DNA of 64,000 nt from Dehalococcoidia bacterium (GCA_030018455.1 JASEFU010000007.1:27897-91896); one strand, 5' to 3'; counted from the first letter of the stretch, positions 28,001-36,650 are shown. Numbers and translations: made by a program. Notes: a model not told the origin generated them from the letters alone.

Positions 28001-28192
28001 GCCTTCTTCGTCGGTGGCGATGATGAGGCCGCAGCCGCAGGAGCAGTAAGGGCAGATGGTGAACCCCTCTCCGATCTTCTTATGGAGAGGGAATTCCTCG
28101 GCTTCCGCCAGTCCCAGACTGCCTGCGAGGAGGAGACTTCCACCGCCGGCGGCAGAAAGCTTAAGAAAACCTCGTCTGGTCAGTGTCGTCAT
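25001..28192 (-). CDS. fdhA: Formate dehydrogenase catalytic (alpha) subunit, FdnG-like molybdopterin enzyme, Tat-exported, selenocysteine at in-frame TGA 27625-27623
   Basis: Track ORFs 27623..28192 and 25001..27610 share one frame. The Tat signal is MTTLTRRGFLKLSAAGGG and the FeS motif is CPYCSCGCG. Read-through gives ...LEHQARI-U-HSATVAGLGPSFGRGAMTNDW, the conserved Sec/Cys context of FdnG/FdhF. A SECIS-like hairpin lies downstream of the UGA. 1063 codons. Confidence 0.85.
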
Positions 28193-28273
28193 AGCTACCC
28201 TCCACGATCATGGCTAGTGCAAACACTGCGGCAAGTCGCCTGCTGCCGCTCTAAACGATGGAGAATCCCCCTT

Positions 28274-28313
28274 TGTTCATTCTGTCACAATCTCCATGTT
28301 CCTTTTATCACAA
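28274..28313 (-). promoter_or_regulatory. Two tandem 17-nt sites TTGTGA-N6-GAACA in the fdh upstream region (candidate regulator sites)
   Basis: On the minus strand the sites are TTGTGATAAAAGGAACA (28313-28297) and TTGTGACAGAATGAACA (28290-28274), 23 bp centre to centre. They lie 80-120 nt upstream of the fdhA start, in the most AT-rich stretch of the window. Confidence 0.35.
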
Positions 28314-28553
28314 ATCAGCAGAAGCGCGCAATAGATTACGGAAGGAAACACGGGGAGGAAACGAATCCTCCCTAGGTAGAGTCCCCTAACTGAAACTACT
28401 TACTCAAACCTGCTGGAAACTAGCACAACTAAACGTTGTCCGCAACAGGGGAAACGCAATTCGCTCTTTGCCGCCACGGCTTGACCGCCGGATGGAACGG
28501 TGCTACAGACAGACCAGCAGTTCGCCGTCGCATCCCTATGGAAGGAGACACAC

Positions 28554-29351
28554 ATGGGCAAGCACTTCGAGACCGTCGACTACGAGACCCGCGGCAAGGT
28601 GGGCTACATCATCATGAACCGCCCCGAAAAGCGGAACGCCCTCAACTACCAGCTCCTGGACGACCTCGACGCCGCCTTCAACCACGCCGAGGCCGACGAC
28701 TCCGTGAACGTGGTGGTGCTGAAGGGGAACGGCCCCTCGTTCTGCTCAGGCTACGACCTCAGCGGCAGCTACTACATCAGCGTCCCGAAGGGGCACGAAC
28801 GCTGGGACCTCAAGAACAGCCTGATGACCCTCCGCGCCATCGAGGCCCGCTACATGCGCATCTGGAACTTCCCGAAGGCGACGATAGCGCAGGTACACGG
28901 GCACTGCCTCGCCGCCGGCTGCTACCTCCAGCTCGTCTGCGACATCACCGTCGCTGCCGAGAACGCGATTGTCGGGCACCCGGCGCAGCGCTGGGGCGGC
29001 GTCAGCAGCATGCCCCTGTGGCAGATGATCATCGGGCCGAAGCGGGCGCGCTACCTGCTGTTCAGCGGGCGCTCGATAAGCGGGGCGCAGGCCGCCGACT
29101 GGGGCCTCGCGAGCCTGGCGGTGCCGCCCGACCAGCTCGAAGCGACCGTCGACCAGCTGGCGGACGAGATCGCGGAGGTGCCGCCGCACGGGCTGCTGGA
29201 GAACAAGGAAGTGCTGAACACCGACCTGGAGATCATGGGTTTGGGGGCGATGTTCCGCTATCACGGGCAGCACAACGCGATGGGCCGTGTCGTGCGTGCA
29301 GCCGTGGGCTTCGGCGAAGGCGTCCAGCGACCCGAGGCGCCGAAGAAGTAG
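28554..29351 (+). CDS. Enoyl-CoA hydratase/isomerase (crotonase) family protein
   Basis: Track ORF 28500..29351. I prefer ATG 28554, which follows GGAAGGAGA. It reads MGKHFETVDYETRGKVGYIIMNRPEKRNALN...VVVLKGNGPSFCSGYDL...VHGHCLAAG. Confidence 0.8.
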   Translation: MGKHFETVDYETRGKVGYIIMNRPEKRNALNYQLLDDLDAAFNHAEADDSVNVVVLKGNGPSFCSGYDLSGSYYISVPKGHERWDLKNSLMTLRAIEARYMRIWNFPKATIAQVHGHCLAAGCYLQLVCDITVAAENAIVGHPAQRWGGVSSMPLWQMIIGPKRARYLLFSGRSISGAQAADWGLASLAVPPDQLEATVDQLADEIAEVPPHGLLENKEVLNTDLEIMGLGAMFRYHGQHNAMGRVVRAAVGFGEGVQRPEAPKK

Positions 29352-29403
29352 GCGGTAGACGCCTCGGGCGAGGCCCGAAGCGTTGTCTTCTTTCCAAGGC
29401 ATG

Positions 29404-29540
29404 CTCGGGAGAGTGCAGGCAGGGCGAAGCCCTTCCTGACGGGTCTGCCTGCCGGTAGTGGGGGCTTCAGGGGGTATCCCCCTGATTCCCGAGAGACCTT
29501 GTGGGCGGGCGGGTGGGAACAGAGGCGTTCGCTTGCGAAA
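29404..29540 (+). repeat. Structured intergenic repeat, copy A (~135 bp), contains G-quadruplex motif GGGCGGGCGGGTGGG
   Basis: It aligns by eye with 60844-60978 over shared blocks: GAGTGCAG, a hairpin, GCCTGCCTGCCGGTAG, GGGGG..CCCCC, GATT(C/G)CC, (GGGN)4 and TTCGCTTGCG. The G4 motif is at 29503-29517. Confidence 0.7.
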
Positions 29541-29692
29541 GCGGCAGCGGACGCGCGTGGGCGACAAACCGTCGGGGTGCTGGACAGGCGTGATATATTG
29601 ATAGTAAGGCGAGCGCTGGTGGCAACCGCCATTGCGGCTCCGAAGGCTCGCCCTTATCATATCCAAACAACCGCGCTCTTCGGGGGCAACGC

Positions 29693-31033
29693 TTGTTCGA
29701 CACCGTAAACTCGTCTCGCGCCCTCATGGGCATGGCCCTCGGCTTCCACATCGTCTTCGCCACCATCGGCATCGGCCTCCCCGTCCTACTCTTCGCCGCC
29801 GAAGGCCTCTTCCTCCGCACCGGCAAGGAAATGTACCAGCTCATGGCCAAGCGCTGGGCCGTCGTTGCCGCCGTCCTCTTCGCCGTCGGCGCCGTTTCCG
29901 GCACCTTCCTCGAGTTCTCCTTCGGACTCCTCTGGCCCAACTGGATGGACTTCGCGGGCGGCGTCATCGGCCTCCCCTTCTTCCTCGAGGGCTTTGCCTT
30001 CTTCACCGAGGCCATCTTCCTCGGCCTCTACATCTACGGCTGGAACAAGTTCAATCCTACCGCCCACTGGCTCATGACGATCCCGATCGTCATCGCCGCG
30101 CTCGCCTCAGGGTTTTTCATAATCAGCGCCAACGGCTGGATGAACCAGCCCGAGGGCTACGAGATCGTCAACGGCCAGGTGGCGAACGTCGACCCGGTAG
30201 CGGCGATGTTCAACGATGCCCTCCCGTACGAGTTCATACACGGCGCCCTTGCCGCCTACGTGGCGATGGGGCTCGCCGTCGCCGGCTACTACGCCTTTGC
30301 GATGCTCCGCGGCGACCGCTCCGACTACAACAAGATGGCGGTCGTGCTGGGCATGGGGCTCGTCGTCATCTTCGCCCCGTTGCAGGTGGTGACCGGCGAC
30401 CTCAGCGCCCGCTTCCTGGCGCACGACCAGCCGGAGAAGTTCGCGGCGATGGAGGGCCAGTTCGAGACGGTCGAGGGCATGCCGCTGCGCATCGGCGGTA
30501 TCCCCTTCCCCGACGACAACGAGACGCGCTTCGCCATCGAGATACCGAAGCTGGGCAGCTTCCTCGCCTTCGAGGACTTCGACGCCGAGGTGCGCGGCCT
30601 CAACGCCTTCCCCGACGACGAGGTGCCGTCGGTCTTCCTGACCCACTTCCCGTTCCAGATCATGGTCGGGCTCGGTTTCCTTTTCGTTGGCGTCGCGGGC
30701 TGGTTCTGGGGCATGGCGGCCTGGACGCGCCGTATCGACCCCGGGCGGTTGCTCCTGCTGGCGCTGGCCGGCGTCGGCGCTCTCGGCTTCGTGGCGATAG
30801 AGATGGGCTGGTTCGTGACCGAGTTCGGGCGGCAGCCGTGGGTGATATACCGCGTCATGCGGACGGAGTCGGGCGCGACGCCGCGCGAGGGGATATGGGT
30901 GCTGCTGCTCTTGTTCTCGCTGGCATACATTGCCCTGACGATCGGGCTGGCGGGCGTCCTCTCGTGGCAGCAGCGGGGACGGACGAAGACGCCGCGGGAA
31001 GACGAATCGAAACAGGGGATCTTCGGTGCTTGA
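29693..31033 (+). CDS. cydA: Cytochrome bd-type quinol oxidase subunit I
   Basis: 446 aa with a TTG start. The N-terminus MFDTVNSSRALMGMALGFHIVFATIGIGLP and the conserved EMGWFVTEFGRQPWVIY motif fit cytochrome bd subunit I. Confidence 0.9.
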   Translation: MFDTVNSSRALMGMALGFHIVFATIGIGLPVLLFAAEGLFLRTGKEMYQLMAKRWAVVAAVLFAVGAVSGTFLEFSFGLLWPNWMDFAGGVIGLPFFLEGFAFFTEAIFLGLYIYGWNKFNPTAHWLMTIPIVIAALASGFFIISANGWMNQPEGYEIVNGQVANVDPVAAMFNDALPYEFIHGALAAYVAMGLAVAGYYAFAMLRGDRSDYNKMAVVLGMGLVVIFAPLQVVTGDLSARFLAHDQPEKFAAMEGQFETVEGMPLRIGGIPFPDDNETRFAIEIPKLGSFLAFEDFDAEVRGLNAFPDDEVPSVFLTHFPFQIMVGLGFLFVGVAGWFWGMAAWTRRIDPGRLLLLALAGVGALGFVAIEMGWFVTEFGRQPWVIYRVMRTESGATPREGIWVLLLLFSLAYIALTIGLAGVLSWQQRGRTKTPREDESKQGIFGA

Positions 31034-32042
31034 GAAGCTGGCGGCAATTGTCGTGCTGAGCGGACTCGTCGGCTACGCCGTCCTGGGCGGCGCCGACTTC
31101 GGCAGCGGCATCTGGTCGGCGCTGGCGAACGGGCCGCGGAAGGAGCAGCAACGGAACGCCCTCTATAAGGCGATAGGCCCGGTCTGGGAGACGAACAACG
31201 TCTGGCTCGTCTTCGCTGTCGTCGTGCTGTTCATGGCCTTCCCGCTCGCTTTCGGCGACCTCTTCATCGCCCTGCTGGTGCCCATAACCATCGGGATCAT
31301 CGGGATCACCTTCCGTGGCGCTGCGTTCGCATTCCGCAACTTCGCGAGGGAGGCGGGAGCGCCGACGGCCCCCGTTCACGGCATCACCTTTTCGATAGCG
31401 AGCGTCATCGCGCCCTTCTTCTTCGGCGTCGCGCTGGGGGCCACGGCCGCAGGCGAGATCGAGGTCGAGCAGAGCTTCGTGGCGTCCGGTCTCTACGAGC
31501 CCTGGGTGCGGCCGGTGCCGATTCTCTTCGGGCTGACGGCGGTCGCCATCTGCGGCTACCTGACCATGAATTACATGACGGTGCGCTCCGGCGGCGAACT
31601 GCGCGAGGACTTCCGACGGCAGGGGCTGGTCTCGGGCGTGGCGGTGGCCGCGCTGGCAGTCGTCACGCTGGCCGTCGCGCGCTGGGAAGCGACGGACTTC
31701 TGGGAGCAGTGGCAGCGTCCGGCGCCGCTGGCGGTGTCGGGCGTGGCGCTGCTCGCGGGGCTGGCGTCGATGTTCGTGCTGTGGCGGCGGTGGTACGCTC
31801 TGGCGCCGGTGATGGGCGGCGGCGCGATGGCGCTGCTCGTCGCGACGTGGGGGGTGATCCAGTACCCGTATTTCATCGTGCCGGGCGAGGACATCTTCCA
31901 GGCTGCGACGAATGATGCGATGCTGCGGGCGTCGCTGATAAGCCTGGTGGTGGGCGTGGTCATCATTGCGCCGGCGCTGCTGCTCCTGTACCTGAGCTTC
32001 GTCGCCGAGCCGGCGGAGGAGAAAGAGGGCGAGGCCTACTAG
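31026..32042 (+). CDS. cydB: Cytochrome bd-type quinol oxidase subunit II
   Basis: 338 aa. It overlaps cydA by 8 nt. It has the N-terminal YAVLGGADFGSGIW motif and about 8 TM helices. Confidence 0.85.
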   Translation: MLEKLAAIVVLSGLVGYAVLGGADFGSGIWSALANGPRKEQQRNALYKAIGPVWETNNVWLVFAVVVLFMAFPLAFGDLFIALLVPITIGIIGITFRGAAFAFRNFAREAGAPTAPVHGITFSIASVIAPFFFGVALGATAAGEIEVEQSFVASGLYEPWVRPVPILFGLTAVAICGYLTMNYMTVRSGGELREDFRRQGLVSGVAVAALAVVTLAVARWEATDFWEQWQRPAPLAVSGVALLAGLASMFVLWRRWYALAPVMGGGAMALLVATWGVIQYPYFIVPGEDIFQAATNDAMLRASLISLVVGVVIIAPALLLLYLSFVAEPAEEKEGEAY

Positions 32043-32125
32043 CGCCGCCGGTTGTTGGGCTGACGCGGGCGCTGCTACAATGAAAAGGGGCTGGTTTCAG
32101 TGGCCAGCCCTTTTCGGCGTTGATC

Positions 32126-35100
32126 ATGAAACTTACCGGACTCCTCCCGCTAATCGAAGATGTGCTCGGAAAGGAGCGGCTCGCCCGCCTCCTCGAATCG
32201 ACGGGCGAGCGGCGGATCGTCGCCGCCGCCGAGGGCGCGAAGGCCTGTCTTCTGGCCGTGCTCTCGCGCTACGTCGACGCCCCCCTGCTGGTCGTGACGT
32301 CGCGTCCCAATACAGCCTGGGCGCTGACGGAGGAGCTGAAGACGTGGCTCGGCGACGAGGAAGAAGTGCTCCTCTTCCCCCGTCGCGACACGCTCCCATA
32401 CGAACGCCTGGCGCCCGACTGGCCGGCGATAAGGGACCGCCTGCGCGTCCTGTCGGCTCTGAGCGAGCGGCCATCGTCGCGCCTGATCATCGTCGCCTCG
32501 GTCCAGGCGGTGAGCCAGACCACGCTGTCGCCGGAAGAGCTGCGCTCGGGGCGCGAGACCATTAACGCCGGCGGCGCGCTCTCGCCGGAGCCGCTGCTCA
32601 GGCGGCTGTTGCAGCGGGGCTACCGCTTCGAACCGCTGGTCGACGCGCCCGGCCTAGCCAGCCGTCGCGGCGGCATCGTCGACGTCTTTTCGCCCGACGC
32701 CGACCTGCCGGTGCGCATTGAGCTGCTCGGTGACCGCGTCGAAAGCCTGCGCCTGTTCGACCCGGCGACGCAACGGACGGTACGCCTTACCGACTCCGTC
32801 ACGCTGGGGCCGGCGCGGGAGATGCTGCTGCCGCAGCCGCGCGGCCCCGAACTGCTGGCGCGGCTCGATTTCACGAACGCTCAGGAGGACGTAGTGCGGC
32901 GCTTCCGCGAGGAGCTGGCCATGCTGGCGGATGGCCAGGGCTTCGACGACGACTCGTTCTATTTGCCGTTCCTTGCCCGCGCGACGCTTCTCGATCATAT
33001 GGCGCAGGAGGCCGGCGCATCGCTGCTCGTCCTCGACGAGCTGCCCGAGCTGAGCGCCGCGCAGGAGGAGCACGACCGGCAGGTCGCCGAAGTGCGCGAC
33101 GAGGCGGCCGGCAGGGGAGAGCTGCCGCGGAACATGCCGCTGCCTAACCTGTCGTGGGAGGAACTGCACACTTCGCTGGCCGGGCGGCCGAACACGCTCG
33201 TTGTTTCTCGATGGGCCGGCGGCGAGGACGACGAACGCACGCTCCTCCTTCCCTGCGCGGCGCCGAAGAGCTACGGCGGCCGGTTGCAGGAGCTGGCGAA
33301 AGACCTGGCGGAGGCATCGCGACGGAAGGAGACGGCGGTCATCGTATCGCAGCTATCGGCGCGTCTCTCGGAGGTGCTGGGCGAGCGCGACGTGATCGTC
33401 GTGCCGTCGCTTTCGCTGGACGGGCCGCCGCCTGCGGGGTCGCTGTCGCTGGTGCACGGGTCGCTGCCGCAGGGCTGGGCTCTCCAGCGCGACGGCCGCG
33501 CGCTCACGCTTTTTACGGACGCGGAAGTCTTCGGCTTCGTCAAGCAGCGACGGCCGGTTCGACCGCCGGCGCCTTCGCTCGAGCCCTTCCTGTCTGAGCT
33601 GCGCCCGGGCGACCTCGTTGTCCACGTCGAGCACGGGATCGCCCGCTTCGCCGGTCTGACGAAGCTGCGGCAGAACGGCACGGAGCGCGAGTACATGGAG
33701 CTGCACTACGCCGAGGGCGACAAGCTCTTCGTTCCCACCGATCAGGTCGACCGCGTGGGCCGGTACATCGGCGCGGGAGAGGCGGCGCCCTCTCTTACGC
33801 GACTCGGGACGCAGGAGTGGTCGCGCGCGAAGGAGCGGGTGCGCCGCGCGGTAGGCGAGCTGGCGCAGGAGCTGCTCCAGCTTTACGCCTCACGGCAGGT
33901 GCTGATGGGGCATCCCTTCCCGCCTGACAGCCCGTGGCAGCAGGAGATGGAGGCTTCGTTCCCGTACGTGGAAACTCCTGACCAGCTCGATGTGATGCGG
34001 GAGGTCAAGTCGGACATGCAGTCGGAGAGGCCGATGGACCGTCTCGTGGTGGGCGACGTCGGCTACGGCAAGACGGAGGTGGCGATAAGGGCAGCCTTCA
34101 AGGCGGTGATGGACGGCATGCAGGTGGCGATGCTCGTGCCGACGACCGTGCTTGCCCAGCAACACTACTTCACGTTCACGGAGCGGCTGGCGGCGTTCCC
34201 CATGCGCATCGAGATGCTGTCGCGGTTTCGCTCGCCGCAGGAGCAGCAGGAGGTCGTGCGCGACCTGGCTGCGGGCGGTGTGGACATCGTGATCGGCACG
34301 CACCGGCTGCTACAGAAGGACGTGGCCTTCAAGAACCTGGGGCTGGTCATCATAGACGAGGAGCAGCGGTTCGGCGTCTCCCACAAGGAGCGCTTGAAAC
34401 AGATGCGGCGCGAGGTGGACGTGCTGACGCTCTCGGCCACGCCGATACCGCGCACGCTGCACATGTCACTGGCCGGCATCCGCGACATGTCGACGATGGA
34501 GACGCCTCCTGAGGAGCGCCTCCCCATCAAGACCTACGTTCTGGAATATGATGAGCGGCTCATAAGGGAGGCGATCCTGCGTGAGATGGAGCGCGGCGGG
34601 CAGGTCTACTTCGTGCACAACCGCGTGCAGAGCATCGAGACGGTGGCGCGGCGTCTGCGCGATCTCGTGCCGGAGGCGCGGATAGCGGTCGGTCACGGCC
34701 AGATGCCGGAGGAGCAGCTCGCGCGGGTGATGCTCGAGGTCGTGAAGGGAGAGGTCGATGTCCTGGTCTGCACCACGATCATCGAGTCGGGCATCGATAT
34801 CCCGAACGTAAACACCATCATCATAAATCAGGCGCAGCGCTTCGGTCTGGCGCAGCTCTATCAGCTTCGCGGTCGCGTGGGCAGGGGGATAAACCGCGCC
34901 TACGCCTACCTTCTGTATGACCGCCGACGGCTGCTGACGGAACCGGCGCAGAAGCGCCTGCAAACGATCTTCGAGGCGACGGAGCTGGGAGCGGGCTTCC
35001 GCATCGCGCTGCGCGACCTCGAGATACGGGGCGCCGGGAACCTGTTGGGCGCGGAGCAGAGCGGCCACATCGGCGCAGTGGGCTTCGACCTCTATTCAAA

Positions 35101-35620
35101 GCTGCTGGCGCAGGCCGTCGAGCGCTTGAAGGCGTTGCAGCGGGGTGAAACGCCGCCGCCGGTGGAGGCGCGCCCGCCGGTCATGATCGACCTGCCGCTC
35201 ACGGCGTTCATCCCCGAGAGCTACGTCGAAGACCTGAACCTGCGTCTCGCGCTGTACAGCCGGATGGCGGCCGCGCGCGATAAGCAACAGATCGACGAGC
35301 TGGCGCGCGAGATGGAGGACATGTTCGGGCCCCTGCCGCGGCCGGTGCGGGCGCTGCTGTACGTGGTGAGGTTGAAGGGGGCGGCGGAAGAAGCGCGTGT
35401 GCAGTCGATTCAGGCGGAGGGCGACGAGATAGTGTTGCGGATGGCATCGGGCGTGTCGTTGCCGCGCGAGAGGCTGCGGGGGCGGCTTCCGGCGCAGAGC
35501 TGGGTGGGGCCGAGGTCGGTGCGTCTGCGGCGATCGCAGATGGGGGAGGGTTGGCGCGACATTCTATTGGAGGTCGTCGAGGCGATCGCATCGGAGGTGA
35601 GGGAGCCCGTGGAGGCGTGA
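32126..35620 (+). CDS. mfd: Transcription-repair coupling factor Mfd
   Basis: Track ORF 32120..35620 starts at TTG; I prefer ATG 32126. It has the RNAP-interacting/CarD-like region (LRPGDLVVHVEHGIARFAGL), FPYVETPDQL, and helicase motifs GDVGYGKTEVA, DEEQRFGV, TATPIPRT and QLRGRVGR. Confidence 0.95.
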   Translation: MKLTGLLPLIEDVLGKERLARLLESTGERRIVAAAEGAKACLLAVLSRYVDAPLLVVTSRPNTAWALTEELKTWLGDEEEVLLFPRRDTLPYERLAPDWPAIRDRLRVLSALSERPSSRLIIVASVQAVSQTTLSPEELRSGRETINAGGALSPEPLLRRLLQRGYRFEPLVDAPGLASRRGGIVDVFSPDADLPVRIELLGDRVESLRLFDPATQRTVRLTDSVTLGPAREMLLPQPRGPELLARLDFTNAQEDVVRRFREELAMLADGQGFDDDSFYLPFLARATLLDHMAQEAGASLLVLDELPELSAAQEEHDRQVAEVRDEAAGRGELPRNMPLPNLSWEELHTSLAGRPNTLVVSRWAGGEDDERTLLLPCAAPKSYGGRLQELAKDLAEASRRKETAVIVSQLSARLSEVLGERDVIVVPSLSLDGPPPAGSLSLVHGSLPQGWALQRDGRALTLFTDAEVFGFVKQRRPVRPPAPSLEPFLSELRPGDLVVHVEHGIARFAGLTKLRQNGTEREYMELHYAEGDKLFVPTDQVDRVGRYIGAGEAAPSLTRLGTQEWSRAKERVRRAVGELAQELLQLYASRQVLMGHPFPPDSPWQQEMEASFPYVETPDQLDVMREVKSDMQSERPMDRLVVGDVGYGKTEVAIRAAFKAVMDGMQVAMLVPTTVLAQQHYFTFTERLAAFPMRIEMLSRFRSPQEQQEVVRDLAAGGVDIVIGTHRLLQKDVAFKNLGLVIIDEEQRFGVSHKERLKQMRREVDVLTLSATPIPRTLHMSLAGIRDMSTMETPPEERLPIKTYVLEYDERLIREAILREMERGGQVYFVHNRVQSIETVARRLRDLVPEARIAVGHGQMPEEQLARVMLEVVKGEVDVLVCTTIIESGIDIPNVNTIIINQAQRFGLAQLYQLRGRVGRGINRAYAYLLYDRRRLLTEPAQKRLQTIFEATELGAGFRIALRDLEIRGAGNLLGAEQSGHIGAVGFDLYSKLLAQAVERLKALQRGETPPPVEARPPVMIDLPLTAFIPESYVEDLNLRLALYSRMAAARDKQQIDELAREMEDMFGPLPRPVRALLYVVRLKGAAEEARVQSIQAEGDEIVLRMASGVSLPRERLRGRLPAQSWVGPRSVRLRRSQMGEGWRDILLEVVEAIASEVREPVEA

Positions 35621-35645
35621 GGCGGTGTGTGGGTGTGGGGGCGCT

Positions 35646-35744
35646 GTGGGGGTGGGGGCGCCGTGAGCGCCGCAGGCGCTCGAGGCTGTCGCCCGCGGGC
35701 GACAGCCTCTGCCCGCTTCGCGGGCACGGCGCCCCCGCCCCCAC
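35646..35744 (+). other. 99-nt cloverleaf-like palindromic element (outer 18-bp stem enclosing three hairpins) downstream of mfd
   Basis: The outer arms GTGGGGGTGGGGGCGCCG (35646-35663) and CGGCGCCCCCGCCCCCAC (35727-35744) pair with one G-T mismatch. The inner hairpins are AGCGCC-gca-GGCGCT, GAGGCTGTCGCC-cgcg-GGCGACAGCCTC and TGCCCGC-ttc-GCGGGCA. A G-rich tract lies at 35621-35660. Confidence 0.75.
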
Positions 35745-35792
35745 CCCCAACGCCTCGTTCGCGGTTGACACCATCCGAAGCGCAACGGTAAA

Positions 35793-36650
35793 ATGCCGGA
35801 GCTTTCGTCCTCGGGGGAGGCCTTCTTGGAGAAACTGTCGCCCGTGAACCTGAATCTAAGCGCCGTTCCGCAGACCGGCAAGATTCCCCTCATGGCCGCG
35901 GTGTACACCCTCGGCCTCGCCCTCTTCCTCGCCGTCGAGCCGACGAAGCCCTGGCTGCTCATCGTCGTCACCGGCCTCGTCGCCCTCGGCGCCGACGGCA
36001 TCGTGCGCTCGCATCCCAACAGCCTCTTCCGCGAGCCCATCGACACCGCGCCGTACCTGCTCGTGCCCACCCTCGTCGCGCTTGCAGGCGGCTTCTTTCT
36101 CGAGGACACGATCGGCGGCTACTGGTCGATACTGGCGGCCGTCGTCACCGGCGTTGTCATGGGCGCCGTGCTTTATGCCGAGTACGTAGCCGTCGACACT
36201 GAGAGCGCGTCATACGTCGGCGCGCGCTTCACCCTCAACCTCTTCGCCTATCTCGCCGCGTTCGCCCTGTACGCCGTCTTCTACAGCTTTGAGCTCGATC
36301 TGGTGCCCGCGGCGCTGTGTGTTGGGCTTGTGAGCGCCGTCCTCGGAGCCGAGATACTGCGCGAGCCGGGTCTCATGCCGTTTCCCATCGTGAAGGCGAG
36401 CATGAGGGCCCTCGCCTTCTCCTTCGCGATAGGACTCGTCGTCGCCGAGGCGCGCTGGGCGCTGTACTTCACCCCCCTCGACGGCTTCCTGGCCGCCGTC
36501 TTCTTGCTGCTCGTCTTCTACGTCGCGAGCGGGCTCATCCAGCACCACCTTACGGCCAACCTGTCGTGGCCCGTCGTCCTCGAGTTCGCCCTCGTCGCCC
36601 TTGCCGGGCTGGCGATGGTCGTTCTCGGCGGCGTCTTCACCGACGCCTAA
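35793..36650 (+). CDS. Integral membrane protein of unknown function (about 7-8 TM helices)
   Basis: 285-aa track ORF, hydrophobic throughout. I recognise no motif. The start may be an internal Met (MAAVYTLGL...). Confidence 0.6.
   Translation: MPELSSSGEAFLEKLSPVNLNLSAVPQTGKIPLMAAVYTLGLALFLAVEPTKPWLLIVVTGLVALGADGIVRSHPNSLFREPIDTAPYLLVPTLVALAGGFFLEDTIGGYWSILAAVVTGVVMGAVLYAEYVAVDTESASYVGARFTLNLFAYLAAFALYAVFYSFELDLVPAALCVGLVSAVLGAEILREPGLMPFPIVKASMRALAFSFAIGLVVAEARWALYFTPLDGFLAAVFLLLVFYVASGLIQHHLTANLSWPVVLEFALVALAGLAMVVLGGVFTDA

Noticed and set aside
28380-28389. DosR-type operator upstream of fdhA
   Set aside because: Only one half-site-like sequence (TTAGGGGACT) is present. The expected inverted partner (AGTCCC) is absent, and no similar sequence was seen upstream of hydB or usp.
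28193-28553. Molybdenum-cofactor riboswitch in the fdhA leader; similarly NAD+ or TPP riboswitches before nadA or yjbQ
   Set aside because: I could not recognise the conserved cores of these riboswitch classes by eye. Only generic hairpins are present, for example GGGAGGA-ttcgtt-TCCTCCC around 28354-28373. A covariance-model scan would be needed to exclude them formally.
29632-31059. 475-aa plus-strand ORF overlapping cydA in another frame, and the similar 28436..29458 ORF overlapping the crotonase gene
   Set aside because: Both are out of frame with genes that have unmistakable family motifs (GRQPW; the crotonase oxyanion region). The products are Arg/Pro/Gly-rich.
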